A DNA stretch of 64,000 nucleotides. It comes from Escherichia phage Esco_phi_B-01. A program made the position numbers and the translations under genes. Under the pieces are notes generated by a model. That model was not told where the DNA came from, searched no databases, and was given only the letters and a program-made list of their open reading frames with translations. Where the stretch lies: the sequence record OP292222.1; one strand, 5' to 3'. Of this stretch, positions 33,321 through 42,857 are shown piece by piece. Position 1 is the first letter of the stretch. Every line of letters starts with the position of its first letter.

Positions 33321-35138
33321 ATGATTAAGAATGAAATTAAAGTACTGTCCGACATTGAACATATCAAAAAACGTAGTGGGATGTATATTGGCTCAAGTGC
33401 TAATGAAGCTCACGGTCGATTCCTGTTTGGTAATTTTACCCAGGTGAACTATGTTCCTGGACTGGTTAAATTAATTGACGAAATCATTGATAACTCTGTC
33501 GATGAAGCTATTCGTACCAATTTTAAATTCGCAAATAAAATCGATGTTCAAATTAAGAATAATCAGGTTTCAGTTTCTGATAATGGCCGTGGTATTCCTC
33601 AAGCAATGGTTACTGACCAAAACGGTGAACAAATTCCGGGCCCTGTAGCTGCATGGACTATTCCAAAGGCAGGTGGTAACTTTGGAGATGACGCCGAGCG
33701 TAAGACAGGCGGCATGAACGGTGTTGGTAGTAGTTTAACTAATATCTTCTCTGTTTTGTTCACAGGCATCACCTCTGATGGTGAGAATGAGATTACTGTT
33801 AACTGTTCCAACGGAATGGAAAACAAAGGTTGGTCTACTAAGAAATCTAAAGGTAAGGGTACTTCGGTTATATTCACCCCAGACTTTAACCATTTCGAAG
33901 AAAATAGCCTGTCCCAAATTTATCTGGATATTACATTAGACCGTCTTCAAACACTGGCCGTAATTTATCCAGATATCCAATTTACTTTTAATGGTAAAAA
34001 AGTGGATGGCAACTTTAAAAAGTATGCTAAGCAATTTGGTGAAGACTTTGTAATCCAAGAAACCGATAATGTTTCGATGGCATTTACTCCTTCTCCGGAC
34101 GGGTTCCGTCAACTGACGTATGTAAACAATATCCATACTAAGAACGGTGGTCACCATGTTGAATGTGTGTTCGATGATATCTGTGAGCACCTTCTGCCAG
34201 GTATTAAAAAGAAATATAAAGGAATCGAAGTAACTAAGGCCCGTGTTAAAGAATGTCTGACCATGGTCATGTTCATTCGTGATATGAGCAATATGCGTTT
34301 TGATTCACAGACTAAAGAGCGATTAACCTCTCCATTTGGTGAGATTCGTAACCATATCCAAATTGATGCTAAGAAAATTGCAACGGCTATTCTTAAGGTC
34401 GATGGGTTGATTATGCCTATTGTCGAAGCCGCTTTAGCACGTAAACTTGCTGCTGAAAAAGCCGCCGAAACAAAAGCTGCTAAGAAAGCTTTGAAAGCCA
34501 AGGTCCATAAGCATATTAAAGCCAATATGTATGGCAAAGATGCTGATACGACTTTATTCCTTACGGAAGGTGATTCTGCAATGGGTCCTTTCATTGAAGT
34601 TCGTAATAAAGACCTCCAAGGTGGTTATCCGTTACGCGGAAAGGTTATGAATACCTGGGGTATGACTGCTGCCGATATCATGAAGAACAAAGAATTGTTT
34701 GATATCTGTGCAATCACTGGACTGGTTATTGGTGAACCTGCAGATAAAACCAACTATCGTAATATCGCTATCATGACTGACGCCGATGTGGATGGTACTG
34801 GTTCGATTTATCCTTCGTTATTAGCTTTCTTTAGTCAGTGGCCGGAATTGTTTGAACAGGGACGAATTCGTTTCTGTAAGACTCCTGTAATCATTGCTCA
34901 GGTTGGTAAAGAACAGGAATGGTTCTATGATGTACCTAGTTATACCAAAGCTAAGGACTCACTACCAAAACATTCTATTCGTTATATTAAAGGTCTCGGT
35001 TCTCTTGAGAAGGCTGAATACCGTCGAATGATTCAAGACCCTAAATTCGATGTAGTTCAATTACCTGAAGATTGGAAAGACCAGTTCGAAATGCTCCTTG
35101 GAAACGACCCACAGCTGCGTAAGGCTTGGATGTCATAA
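33321..35138 (+). CDS. 39: DNA topoisomerase II large subunit, fused gp39+gp60 equivalent (GyrB-like ATPase plus TOPRIM)
   Basis: 605-aa continuous ORF; GHKL ATPase motifs (IDNSVDE, GRGIP, GGxxGxG) and C-terminal part matching T4 gp60. Confidence 0.92.
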   Translation: MIKNEIKVLSDIEHIKKRSGMYIGSSANEAHGRFLFGNFTQVNYVPGLVKLIDEIIDNSVDEAIRTNFKFANKIDVQIKNNQVSVSDNGRGIPQAMVTDQNGEQIPGPVAAWTIPKAGGNFGDDAERKTGGMNGVGSSLTNIFSVLFTGITSDGENEITVNCSNGMENKGWSTKKSKGKGTSVIFTPDFNHFEENSLSQIYLDITLDRLQTLAVIYPDIQFTFNGKKVDGNFKKYAKQFGEDFVIQETDNVSMAFTPSPDGFRQLTYVNNIHTKNGGHHVECVFDDICEHLLPGIKKKYKGIEVTKARVKECLTMVMFIRDMSNMRFDSQTKERLTSPFGEIRNHIQIDAKKIATAILKVDGLIMPIVEAALARKLAAEKAAETKAAKKALKAKVHKHIKANMYGKDADTTLFLTEGDSAMGPFIEVRNKDLQGGYPLRGKVMNTWGMTAADIMKNKELFDICAITGLVIGEPADKTNYRNIAIMTDADVDGTGSIYPSLLAFFSQWPELFEQGRIRFCKTPVIIAQVGKEQEWFYDVPSYTKAKDSLPKHSIRYIKGLGSLEKAEYRRMIQDPKFDVVQLPEDWKDQFEMLLGNDPQLRKAWMS

Positions 35139-35146
35139 TAAATACG

Positions 35147-35164
35147 TACGGTACATGAGTACCG
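35147..35164 (+). other. hairpin acggtac-atga-gtaccgt without T run
   Basis: 7-bp inverted repeat just after gene 39. Confidence 0.35.
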
Positions 35165-35180
35165 TATAAAAGGAGACTTT

Positions 35181-35342
35181 ATGAGAAAGTACTGGGTTAC
35201 GCTCGTCACAGGTGAATATGGTTATCTCTGGACAGATACACGTCCTCTTTTTGCAGAGTACGTTACTATCACAGTTGAAACATGGGACGGCGAAGTTTAC
35301 CAAACCCGTGGTCAAGTTTATAGAGTCGATTCAAGCAACTAA
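35181..35342 (+). CDS. small hypothetical protein (53 aa)
   Basis: RBS aaaggag; ends before the terminator at 35347. Confidence 0.35.
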   Translation: MRKYWVTLVTGEYGYLWTDTRPLFAEYVTITVETWDGEVYQTRGQVYRVDSSN

Positions 35343-35346
35343 TTAA

Positions 35347-35364
35347 GGGCCGCAAGGCCCTTTT
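35347..35364 (+). terminator. intrinsic terminator (gggcc-gcaa-ggccc + TTTT)
   Basis: GC stem with GNRA loop and T run. Confidence 0.6.
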
Positions 35365-35368
35365 CGGG

Positions 35369-35396
35369 GTTTACAACAGATTAAAAGTGTGATACG
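35369..35396 (+). promoter_or_regulatory. early-type promoter (GTTTAC - 16 - TGtGATACG), weak -10
   Basis: consensus -35 only. Confidence 0.35.
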
Positions 35397-35416
35397 ATTC
35401 TCTAAGAGGTGAGAAT

Positions 35417-35740
35417 ATGATTATGCAAGATAATAGTATAGTGAACACTGATAACTTGGCTTTGTCTTTTATGGAGACCGCAATTCGCAATTGTAAAGAC
35501 GAAGGAGTCGTGATTACAAGTGGCAAGGGACTAGAATATCTTAAGGCTGTAAAATCTATTGCCTTAAAGATTAAAGATAACCAGGCGCTCTCTCCTGTTG
35601 TCCAGGAAAAGGTTCTGGAGATATTGTATCGCCACAGAGAGCACAAAAGTACAATGGGTTCTATGAGAAGAATTCTGGCTGAACTGGGTTCTACCAGAGA
35701 ATATGTTCAACATGAGGTAGTTAAAAATGACAAACTTTAA
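35417..35740 (+). CDS. hypothetical protein (107 aa)
   Basis: ORF track; RBS aagaggtgag. Confidence 0.5.
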   Translation: MIMQDNSIVNTDNLALSFMETAIRNCKDEGVVITSGKGLEYLKAVKSIALKIKDNQALSPVVQEKVLEILYRHREHKSTMGSMRRILAELGSTREYVQHEVVKNDKL

Positions 35741-35930
35741 AGTCAACATTGATTTGTTTGATAAAGCTGTCCACAAAGAATTCCGGCTAATCCAGAGATT
35801 TTTTGATATCAATGCAGCTGAAGATTTTAAAGAACGCTTTAAAGAAATCAGATATAAAATACTCAACGACATCGCTACTAAGGAAGAGCTCCTTGAAGTA
35901 GCAGATATTTTTAAACGTAACCTGAATTGA
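35727..35930 (+). CDS. hypothetical protein (67 aa)
   Basis: ORF track; overlaps upstream end. Confidence 0.45.
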   Translation: MTNFKVNIDLFDKAVHKEFRLIQRFFDINAAEDFKERFKEIRYKILNDIATKEELLEVADIFKRNLN

Positions 35931-35937
35931 GAAAAAT

Positions 35938-38148
35938 ATGATTATTGAAACCGAAAAAGAACAAATCATTGGCAACGGCTCTAAGTCCACAGGATTTACT
36001 ATCCAGGCCTCGCCTAAGGTCTTTAAAATTCTTTCATCAGACCTTTATAGTAATAAGGTACGTGCTGTAGTTCGTGAACTAATTACCAACATGATTGATG
36101 CTCATATTCTGAATGGTAATAAAGAACGTTGGAAAGTACAGGTTCCTGGTAAGCTCGACCCTCGCTTTGTGTGCCGTGATTTCGGACCAGGCATGAGTGA
36201 TTTCCAGATTCGTGGTGATGAAAACGAAACCGGTTTGTATAACTCTTATTTCGCATCATCCAAAACCGCTTCTAACGATTTCATTGGTGGCTTTGGCCTT
36301 GGTTCTAAATCTCCGTTCAGTTATACAGAAACGTTTAATATTACCTCATGGCACAATGGTGAAGTTCGCGGATATGTAGCTTATATGGATGGCGATGGTC
36401 CACAGATTAAACCTACTTTCGTAGAACCTATGCAGCCAGGTGATAAAACAGGTATCGAAATCACGGTTCCTGTCGATGAAGAAGATTTCCGTAAGTTTGA
36501 AACTGAAGTTCGATATATCATGCGTCCGTTCATTGGACTCGGCGATGTTGACGGTGTTGAAGTTGATTATTTCCCTGAATTTGATGACTACTATGCTGTA
36601 ACAGATACAGGTTACAGAGATTTCGAACGTTCAGGACTTTATGCTGTTTATGGCGGTATTGTTTATCCATTGGATTCTGCTTATAATAAAGGCACATGGA
36701 TGCGTACTCGCCATGATGTAGTTTATATTAAGTTCCCTATGGGCTCGCTGGATATTGCTCCGTCTCGTGAAGTGTTGTCTCTTGATAAACGTACGATGGA
36801 AAATATTGCAACCCGTATCGAAGCACTGGATGCAGTGGTCTTTAAAAACGATACACAAGAATGGGTTGAATCTGATAATCCACGCCATGTTTATCGCGAC
36901 CTTTCTAACCTTGGTTACAGTGCTCGTGACTATCTTACCAAAAAAGGTGGGACTAGCCTGTTTACTACAGAAAAATTGACATACGAGAAATTGTACCAAC
37001 GTTATACACTTCAAAACGACCTTATTAATTTGGGTGTTGTTTACGAAATCGTTTCAGACCCACGTTTGAAACGAATTAAGCCGAGTGGTAATACTTCTTC
37101 GGTGGCAGGACTTAGTAGCCTATTAGGCATTAATAATAAAGAAATCCATATTGTTTATGATGATGAAAAGGGTCGTGTGCCACTAGTTCGAGGACTTTGG
37201 GCTCTAGCAATGGACAACAGTGCTTCGGCTAAGAAAATTGTTAAAGAGAACAATATTCCTAAATACGGAACTGACCTTATTTTCGTCGACCCAAATTCAA
37301 TGCTGCAAATGCAACAACTTGAAAAGGTTAAAGAACTTTTTAAAGGTGATACTATTCATTTTTATAAAGTCTCTGAACTGAATAAAATTGTTAAGCCATG
37401 GATTCCGGTTACTGTTCGTTCATCCGAACCTCGTCCTAAAACACCAAGTGCTTATCGTTGGTTCATTAAAGACGGGCGTTGGCAACAAGAGACCTTATAC
37501 TTAACTGCTGCAGAAGCAGAAGAAATTACAGGGTACGTATTGTTTGGTAGTCGTTCTGATATCATGGGAATGGATGAAGCTTATGGTATCTTTGACATCA
37601 ACACCACTACCATGTGTCGTATGGCTAATTTGATTGGTGCTACCGAATTCCATATCATTCGCCCTCAGATTGCCAAAAAGATTAAAAAGTTAGGCCAATG
37701 TGAATGCTTGATGGAAACCACGTTGGAAGCTTATGCCGAAGCACTAGATGCTGTAGATATTGATGAATATATTGGTAGTAATACCCGTGCAAGGTATTAT
37801 CTTGAAATCATTGCTAAGTTCCCTGAGCTTGGTTTTATGACCAAATATTTCAGTGATAAGCCGGTGTCTGAAGCATATACTCGTCTGAGTAATTTCTATG
37901 ATATATTCCGTTATATGAATTTCCATGGGTATATCACTGATGACAAACTTTCTGTTATCAAGAAAATCTGTAACACGACGTTCAATACGTTAACCAATAA
38001 TGCTTCAAGTAACAATGATAAAATGACTGTACAGTTTGAATCCGATTACCATTTAGTTTCGGACTACATGTATCGTCGTGGAACATCCATTACCGAGGCT
38101 TCTGTAGCTCAAATCGTTAAATTCATGAAAGCCGTGGAAGCGGCTTAA
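35938..38148 (+). CDS. rIIA: rIIA protein (GHKL-ATPase-like N-terminal domain)
   Basis: 736 aa; N-terminal region VRELITNMIDA, GFGLGSKS typical of rIIA; followed by rIIB. Confidence 0.85.
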   Translation: MIIETEKEQIIGNGSKSTGFTIQASPKVFKILSSDLYSNKVRAVVRELITNMIDAHILNGNKERWKVQVPGKLDPRFVCRDFGPGMSDFQIRGDENETGLYNSYFASSKTASNDFIGGFGLGSKSPFSYTETFNITSWHNGEVRGYVAYMDGDGPQIKPTFVEPMQPGDKTGIEITVPVDEEDFRKFETEVRYIMRPFIGLGDVDGVEVDYFPEFDDYYAVTDTGYRDFERSGLYAVYGGIVYPLDSAYNKGTWMRTRHDVVYIKFPMGSLDIAPSREVLSLDKRTMENIATRIEALDAVVFKNDTQEWVESDNPRHVYRDLSNLGYSARDYLTKKGGTSLFTTEKLTYEKLYQRYTLQNDLINLGVVYEIVSDPRLKRIKPSGNTSSVAGLSSLLGINNKEIHIVYDDEKGRVPLVRGLWALAMDNSASAKKIVKENNIPKYGTDLIFVDPNSMLQMQQLEKVKELFKGDTIHFYKVSELNKIVKPWIPVTVRSSEPRPKTPSAYRWFIKDGRWQQETLYLTAAEAEEITGYVLFGSRSDIMGMDEAYGIFDINTTTMCRMANLIGATEFHIIRPQIAKKIKKLGQCECLMETTLEAYAEALDAVDIDEYIGSNTRARYYLEIIAKFPELGFMTKYFSDKPVSEAYTRLSNFYDIFRYMNFHGYITDDKLSVIKKICNTTFNTLTNNASSNNDKMTVQFESDYHLVSDYMYRRGTSITEASVAQIVKFMKAVEAA

Positions 38149-38162
38149 TCTAAGGAAATATT

Positions 38163-39128
38163 ATGTACAATATTAAATGTGTCTCTGAATACGAACAAAC
38201 CTTAATTACTTCTATGTATGCTTCAGGTAATTATACCCAATCTGAACTGGCCGAAGATTTTGGTATCTCGGTTGATACGGTCCGTAAAGTTCTAAAAAAT
38301 GCTGAAGAAGCTAAACGTTCACAAGTGGTTATTACTGGAAATATCAAAGTAACGGTTCCTAACGAGCCTCGTGTAGTTCCGGTTGAAGTTACTATTGGTG
38401 GCTCTCGTCCAGAAATTATCTGGAACGCGAGTTCTAAATTCGTATCCATCACTGAAGGTCGTACAGTATGGAATACTACTAATAAGAACAAACACTTTGA
38501 TGCCATCGTACAGGCCCTTAAAGAATCCCGTTTTGATGATGCGATTAAACTGATTTCCATTAAAGAAGCTGTTAAGGCTTTCGTTAAAGGTAACGTTCGT
38601 ATTGAAGGTGGACGTCTGGTTTATCAAGGTATCGAATTGCGTTCAGGCTTGATTGACCGTATTATCACCTCAATGGAAAATGGCGAAGATTTTGAATTCT
38701 ACCTGCCGTTCCTTGAGAATCTGTTAGAAAACCCAAGCGAAAAAGCTGTACAGCGTCTGTTCGACTTCCTGGTCGCGAACGATATCAAAATCACTGAAGA
38801 CGGCCACTTTATCGCATGGAAAGTTGTTAACTCAGATTACACCGACTGCCGTACCGGTACGTTTGATAACTCGCCAGGTAAGCCAGTTAAAATGCCTCGT
38901 TCGCGTGTAAATGACGATGATGAAGTAACTTGTTCAAGTGGTCTGCACGTTTGCTCTCGTAGCTATATCGGTCATTTTGGTAACTCAAGCTGTAAAGTAG
39001 TTTCATGTAAAGTTAACCCACGTGATGTTGTTAGTATCCCAGTTGATTATGGTGATGCTAAAATGCGTGTGTGTTATTATGAAGTTCTGGAAGACGTCAC
39101 TGAACAGTTCGCAAACGAATACAAATAA
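38163..39128 (+). CDS. rIIB: rIIB protein
   Basis: 321 aa ORF immediately after rIIA, size and order as in T4. Confidence 0.8.
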   Translation: MYNIKCVSEYEQTLITSMYASGNYTQSELAEDFGISVDTVRKVLKNAEEAKRSQVVITGNIKVTVPNEPRVVPVEVTIGGSRPEIIWNASSKFVSITEGRTVWNTTNKNKHFDAIVQALKESRFDDAIKLISIKEAVKAFVKGNVRIEGGRLVYQGIELRSGLIDRIITSMENGEDFEFYLPFLENLLENPSEKAVQRLFDFLVANDIKITEDGHFIAWKVVNSDYTDCRTGTFDNSPGKPVKMPRSRVNDDDEVTCSSGLHVCSRSYIGHFGNSSCKVVSCKVNPRDVVSIPVDYGDAKMRVCYYEVLEDVTEQFANEYK

Positions 39129-39163
39129 ACTAAATGGAGGCTTCGGCCTCCTAAGAGGAAATT

Positions 39164-39361
39164 ATGTTAGATTACCAAGCACGTGTAATTGATGAATATG
39201 CCCAACTGGTCCTGAAAATTAATGCACTAGAAACCTTTATTAAAGGCGGTGTTTTTGAAACTCTTGATATCCGTCAACAAGGGTTACTTATTGCACAACT
39301 GGACGCGATGGGTGCATACGCTCATTGTTTAGAGGTTCGTATTTCTTATTTCGGTGAGTAA
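39164..39361 (+). CDS. hypothetical protein (65 aa)
   Basis: ORF track; RBS aagaggaaa. Confidence 0.45.
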   Translation: MLDYQARVIDEYAQLVLKINALETFIKGGVFETLDIRQQGLLIAQLDAMGAYAHCLEVRISYFGE

Positions 39362-39362
39362 A

Positions 39363-39680
39363 ATGATTAATTTCATGAACGTCGGCGACGAAGATATCAA
39401 AGATAGTTATCTCCAAGGTAATCATGTGGCCGATAAGGTTTATTGTGTAGATGTAATCAAATCTGATAAAGCTACAGGCCATCTTTTTGCAACAGATGTG
39501 ATTTTCGATTCAGTTGAAAACCTTAAAAAATTAGACCACAGTAAATTGAGTGAAAACTCTCGTATCTATTTTGGTAATGTTCACGTCGAAGAATTGTATA
39601 TTGGTGGCGATTATGAATCCGTCAAATCCGGGACTAGTTCGACTGTCGAAGATGCCGACATTTACCCTGAAGACATCTGA
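39363..39680 (+). CDS. hypothetical protein (105 aa)
   Basis: ORF track; first ATG after a GTG. Confidence 0.45.
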   Translation: MINFMNVGDEDIKDSYLQGNHVADKVYCVDVIKSDKATGHLFATDVIFDSVENLKKLDHSKLSENSRIYFGNVHVEELYIGGDYESVKSGTSSTVEDADIYPEDI

Positions 39681-39693
39681 TTTAACGGGTGAA

Positions 39694-40170
39694 ATGAAGG
39701 TCAAGATTAAGGATACCGTATTGTATTCCTTAAGCCAAGACCCGTCCCAAGATAAGAAAGAAGTATTGACTCGGTGTGTTATTGCAACGTATGCAGAGTA
39801 CATGGTTGCTGATTGGTTGAAAGGATACGTCAACAGTGGTCTGGAAGACCATGACGACCCTTATACCTACGCCTGGGATGTTTTAGCCCATCCTATGTAC
39901 TGTGGACTACGTGTAGAGGTCAAGACCCACCAATCTGATTCTAAGTGGATTTCCTGCACTACAGGATACTCGGGTGACTTCCCTTATGGAACAGGGATAA
40001 ACCTAGGACCGCTCTTGAATCATAAAGTTGCAGACTGTATAATTATATTCGACACTTCAGTAAATGAGGCAGGCGACGTCCTGTTCACTCCTAAGTTCTC
40101 TGGTGACAGAGAATCCATCAAAAAGCTAGTCCGTAAGAGTAATTACAACGGCTGGTATCTCGCCTTATAA
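39694..40170 (+). CDS. hypothetical protein (158 aa); occupies the denB position but is unverified
   Basis: ORF frame; internal ATG chosen because earlier starts overlap the upstream gene. Confidence 0.45.
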   Translation: MKVKIKDTVLYSLSQDPSQDKKEVLTRCVIATYAEYMVADWLKGYVNSGLEDHDDPYTYAWDVLAHPMYCGLRVEVKTHQSDSKWISCTTGYSGDFPYGTGINLGPLLNHKVADCIIIFDTSVNEAGDVLFTPKFSGDRESIKKLVRKSNYNGWYLAL

Positions 40171-40183
40171 TTTTAAAATAAGT

Positions 40184-40213
40184 GTTTACATACGCCATGG
40201 ATGGTGTTACTAT
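40184..40213 (+). promoter_or_regulatory. T4-type early promoter (GTTTAC - 18 - TGtTACTAT)
   Basis: consensus plus leader cctatcaactacatgagagg. Confidence 0.6.
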
Positions 40214-40244
40214 CTTCCTATCAACTACATGAGAGGAAAACAAA

Positions 40245-40505
40245 ATGGATATCAAATTATATTACGCTAAACACAAAGTTACGGGTAAAGTTGTTGCCGC
40301 AATGTATGATGCATCAGGTGAAGATGTTATTACGGAATTATCCCTTTCTAATTGTAGATTTCTTCGTCCTTTGATAGCGTCAAAAAAAGATTTACAAAAA
40401 CTTATCGACGGTAAATTAGATAATGTCGATGGTATAGATATCCATTATGAACTCCGCCATGCACTGAATGATGGGTTTATGGAAATAAAAGAGATAGTAT
40501 TATGA
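40245..40505 (+). CDS. hypothetical protein (86 aa)
   Basis: ORF track; RBS gagagg. Confidence 0.5.
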   Translation: MDIKLYYAKHKVTGKVVAAMYDASGEDVITELSLSNCRFLRPLIASKKDLQKLIDGKLDNVDGIDIHYELRHALNDGFMEIKEIVL

Positions 40506-40730
40506 GTAGCAAAACCTGGTGCTTTATTTGGATGACTTGTATTCCAATTATTTGTATATGTTTTAGTTTAATTATAATTTTATAATGAGGATTTATGTAT
40601 ATACATAAATTTGGTAAAGATAAGTTCGGCAACTGGTTAGTTATGCGCGATTACATTTTTGAGTGCCAGGCCTTAAACGCCCAAAGAATTTACGGTGGTA
40701 TAATAGAATATTACGAAAAACGATAAATCA

Positions 40731-40759
40731 GTATACATCTCCATTAGACATGATACTAT
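40731..40759 (+). promoter_or_regulatory. early promoter variant (GTATAC - 17 - TGaTACTAT)
   Basis: consensus -10 and leader atagacctatcaactaatggag. Confidence 0.5.
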
Positions 40760-40785
40760 AGACCTATCAACTAATGGAGATGATT

Positions 40786-40896
40786 ATGAAAAACTTACTT
40801 AAAGCAATTTGGAACATGTTTGTGTTATTGGTTGTATTGAGCATTTTCCCAATAGTTTTTATGATTGACCACGTACGTGTATTCTTTAACTTCTGA
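40786..40896 (+). CDS. small membrane peptide (36 aa)
   Basis: RBS ggaga 5 nt before ATG; hydrophobic core. Confidence 0.35.
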   Translation: MKNLLKAIWNMFVLLVVLSIFPIVFMIDHVRVFFNF

Positions 40897-40906
40897 GGAA
40901 AATATT

Positions 40907-41053
40907 ATGGGTAATCGAATTTATAAAGTAAAGCTGCACGGTAAAGTGATTACTACCGTTAGCTTTAATTTTTATATCAGCGCTGACTGCGCCCGCGATA
41001 TCCTCATCGAGGAAGGATATAGCGAATACATCCAAATTGAAGAAGTTCTTTAA
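40907..41053 (+). CDS. small hypothetical protein (48 aa)
   Basis: RBS tgaggaaaatatt before ATG. Confidence 0.4.
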   Translation: MGNRIYKVKLHGKVITTVSFNFYISADCARDILIEEGYSEYIQIEEVL

Positions 41054-41069
41054 TTCTGAGGAAAATATT

Positions 41070-41294
41070 ATGAAACTTTTTAAAGATATCGCAGTTGGTG
41101 AAAAATTTGTCTTAGGTAATGGTCAACAATTGATTCGTATTTCTCCTTTAATGGATAATAGCGAGCGGCCTATTCGTACTGAAAACTGTTTGGATTATCC
41201 TTTTTATCAAAAGCGTTTTGCTATTGAAAATAATACCGAGTGTTTCACGGTTGATGAACTGATGGAATTATCAGAAGAAGTCGACTCTGAATAA
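41070..41294 (+). CDS. hypothetical protein (74 aa)
   Basis: RBS tgaggaaaatatt before ATG. Confidence 0.45.
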   Translation: MKLFKDIAVGEKFVLGNGQQLIRISPLMDNSERPIRTENCLDYPFYQKRFAIENNTECFTVDELMELSEEVDSE

Positions 41295-41308
41295 TTGAGG
41301 AAATTATC

Positions 41309-41653
41309 ATGTCTAAAGTATTTTTTGGTAATGCTAAGATTATGTTCTTTGAGCAACTCAGTCTTAAAGAGGCATTGGCAGCCTTCAATCAAGAACTGGT
41401 TACTGGGTTAGATTCAAAAACTATGGCAAGCGCGGATTTCGTTTTCGTTCAAGACCCGGATACAGGGTTTTATCGATTCATCAAATTCCGTATGAGCATG
41501 GACCCTGACTATCGTAGTGCTTACTATGTGAGTTACGAAAATGTTATCAAAGAATTACGTGATACCTATGGACGTGCTTTGAACCCACTGAATAAGGTAT
41601 ATAATGCGTCCTTTTATACGAGCGGATTTATTTTAGAACAGCTACAAAAATAG
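41309..41653 (+). CDS. hypothetical protein (114 aa)
   Basis: ORF track; RBS gaggaaa. Confidence 0.5.
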   Translation: MSKVFFGNAKIMFFEQLSLKEALAAFNQELVTGLDSKTMASADFVFVQDPDTGFYRFIKFRMSMDPDYRSAYYVSYENVIKELRDTYGRALNPLNKVYNASFYTSGFILEQLQK

Positions 41654-41681
41654 TTTACAACCTCGAGAATCATGTTATAAT
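41653..41681 (+). promoter_or_regulatory. T4-type early promoter (GTTTAC - 17 - TGtTATAAT)
   Basis: consensus elements. Confidence 0.6.
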
Positions 41682-41730
41682 GGTTCTCGTTGACTGGATA
41701 ACAAAACATTAATCTACTGAGGAAATTGAT

Positions 41731-42180
41731 ATGAATACTTATATGACTCGCGGTAACGTTCTGTCTGCTGGTGCTACTACTGTTGCTTATGTTAAGAATG
41801 GCGAATACCAAAATGGTAAGCCTTCTAAAGAAATCTCAGCTCAGCCAGGCTTCTACTTCTTTGTTAAAGGTGAAGCAGATTCTCGTGTCGTAGCCGCTCG
41901 CTTTTATGTCGGTAACCAACGTTCAGCTCAAGGTCTTGATGGTATTGTGGCTAACATCCGTAAGAAACGTTCTCAATCAGCTCGCACTATGGCAGTGAAT
42001 GGTGTGGTGTATGAAGTTCTTTATGTGCCAGCTTCTAAAATGAAACCTCTGACTACAGGCTTTGGTAAAGGTCAAATTGCAATGGTTTTCACTCGCAATC
42101 ATAGTTCAGACCTTCAGACACTGGAAGAAATGAACCGTATGTTGGCCGATAACTTCAAATTCGTTCTGCAGGCTTACTAA
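41731..42180 (+). CDS. ndd: Ndd nucleoid disruption protein
   Basis: C-terminal half [16 protein letters not shown]...FTRNH...[21 protein letters not shown] essentially identical to T4 Ndd. Confidence 0.8.
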   Translation: MNTYMTRGNVLSAGATTVAYVKNGEYQNGKPSKEISAQPGFYFFVKGEADSRVVAARFYVGNQRSAQGLDGIVANIRKKRSQSARTMAVNGVVYEVLYVPASKMKPLTTGFGKGQIAMVFTRNHSSDLQTLEEMNRMLADNFKFVLQAY

Positions 42181-42260
42181 TGAGTAATTTCCATAACGAA
42201 CATGTGATGCAATGGCACCGTCATAATCTGAAATTAACCGGTGTCTTCGGACGCCCTTGA
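42180..42260 (+). CDS. stp: Stp-like 26-aa peptide (T4 Stp modulates the host EcoprrI restriction / PrrC anticodon nuclease system)
   Basis: [26 protein letters not shown] versus remembered T4 Stp [26 protein letters not shown]; ATG shares the A of the ndd stop. Confidence 0.6.
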   Translation: MSNFHNEHVMQWHRHNLKLTGVFGRP

Positions 42261-42267
42261 GGAAAAT

Positions 42268-42417
42268 ATGAATATTTTACAAGGTTTTGCTGCGGGTATT
42301 TGGACTTATCTAGGTATTTGGACTATTACGACGGGTGAAACTTCGGTCATTTCTCAGGCCATTCCACAATTCATATTGGCATTTGTTCTGATTCTACAGG
42401 CCTTTACCAAAAAATGA
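42268..42417 (+). CDS. small membrane protein (49 aa), cassette copy A
   Basis: RBS tgaggaaaat; hydrophobic. Confidence 0.4.
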   Translation: MNILQGFAAGIWTYLGIWTITTGETSVISQAIPQFILAFVLILQAFTKK

Positions 42418-42477
42418 TTAAGAAATCTTGGGTTACTCGGTAGCCCTTTCTTCTTTATTGGTAACACTGTATTACGG

Positions 42478-42552
42478 AGTAATTCCCATAACGAACATGT
42501 GATGCAGTTCTATCGTAACAATCTTAAAACTAAAGGCGTCTTCGGACGCTAA
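42478..42552 (+). pseudogene. stp paralog remnant lacking the initiator ATG (encodes ...[24 protein letters not shown])
   Basis: second repeat copy; start codon replaced, internal GTG/ATG at 42499/42502 would give only a 16-17 aa product. Confidence 0.4.
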
Positions 42553-42562
42553 TGAGGAAAAT

Positions 42563-42724
42563 ATGATTATCATAGTTTTTATTGAACTTATTACGGCTAT
42601 AGTCTGTTCGGTTTGCTTCTTTTTAGGTGTGTGGACCCCTGGTCCGGTATTCTTAAGTTTTCTGTTTATTGGCTGGGTTCTTTCTACTTTTGTCGGTTTA
42701 CTTAAGATGATTAAAAATGATTAA
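42563..42724 (+). CDS. small membrane protein (53 aa), cassette copy B, unrelated to the copy A ORF
   Basis: RBS tgaggaaaat; two hydrophobic segments. Confidence 0.4.
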   Translation: MIIIVFIELITAIVCSVCFFLGVWTPGPVFLSFLFIGWVLSTFVGLLKMIKND

Positions 42725-42857
42725 GAAAATCTTGGGCTACTCGGTAGCCCTTGCTGCTTTATTGGTAGCACTGTATTATGGAGTAATATTCGGTCTTATC
42801 CAAGTTGTGCTTTTTATTTCCGATGTTATTATGGTTATTCATTCACTAGTATGGTAA
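42717..42857 (+). CDS. small membrane peptide (46 aa); its copy-A counterpart at 42414-42443 is frameshifted
   Basis: intact only in copy B (aagaaaatc vs aagaaatc). Confidence 0.35.
   Translation: MIKKILGYSVALAALLVALYYGVIFGLIQVVLFISDVIMVIHSLVW

Larger units (their letters stand above)
42180..42795 (+). repeat. tandem duplication of a ~296-bp cassette (copy A 42181-42476, copy B 42477-42780, start of a third copy 42781-42795)
   Basis: conserved unit boundaries with diverged internal small ORFs. Confidence 0.7.

Noticed and set aside
33321-35138. Gene 60-like translational bypass (hop) inside the topoisomerase gene
   Set aside because: The reading frame is continuous across the whole 605-aa ORF with no internal stop, so no bypass element is present.
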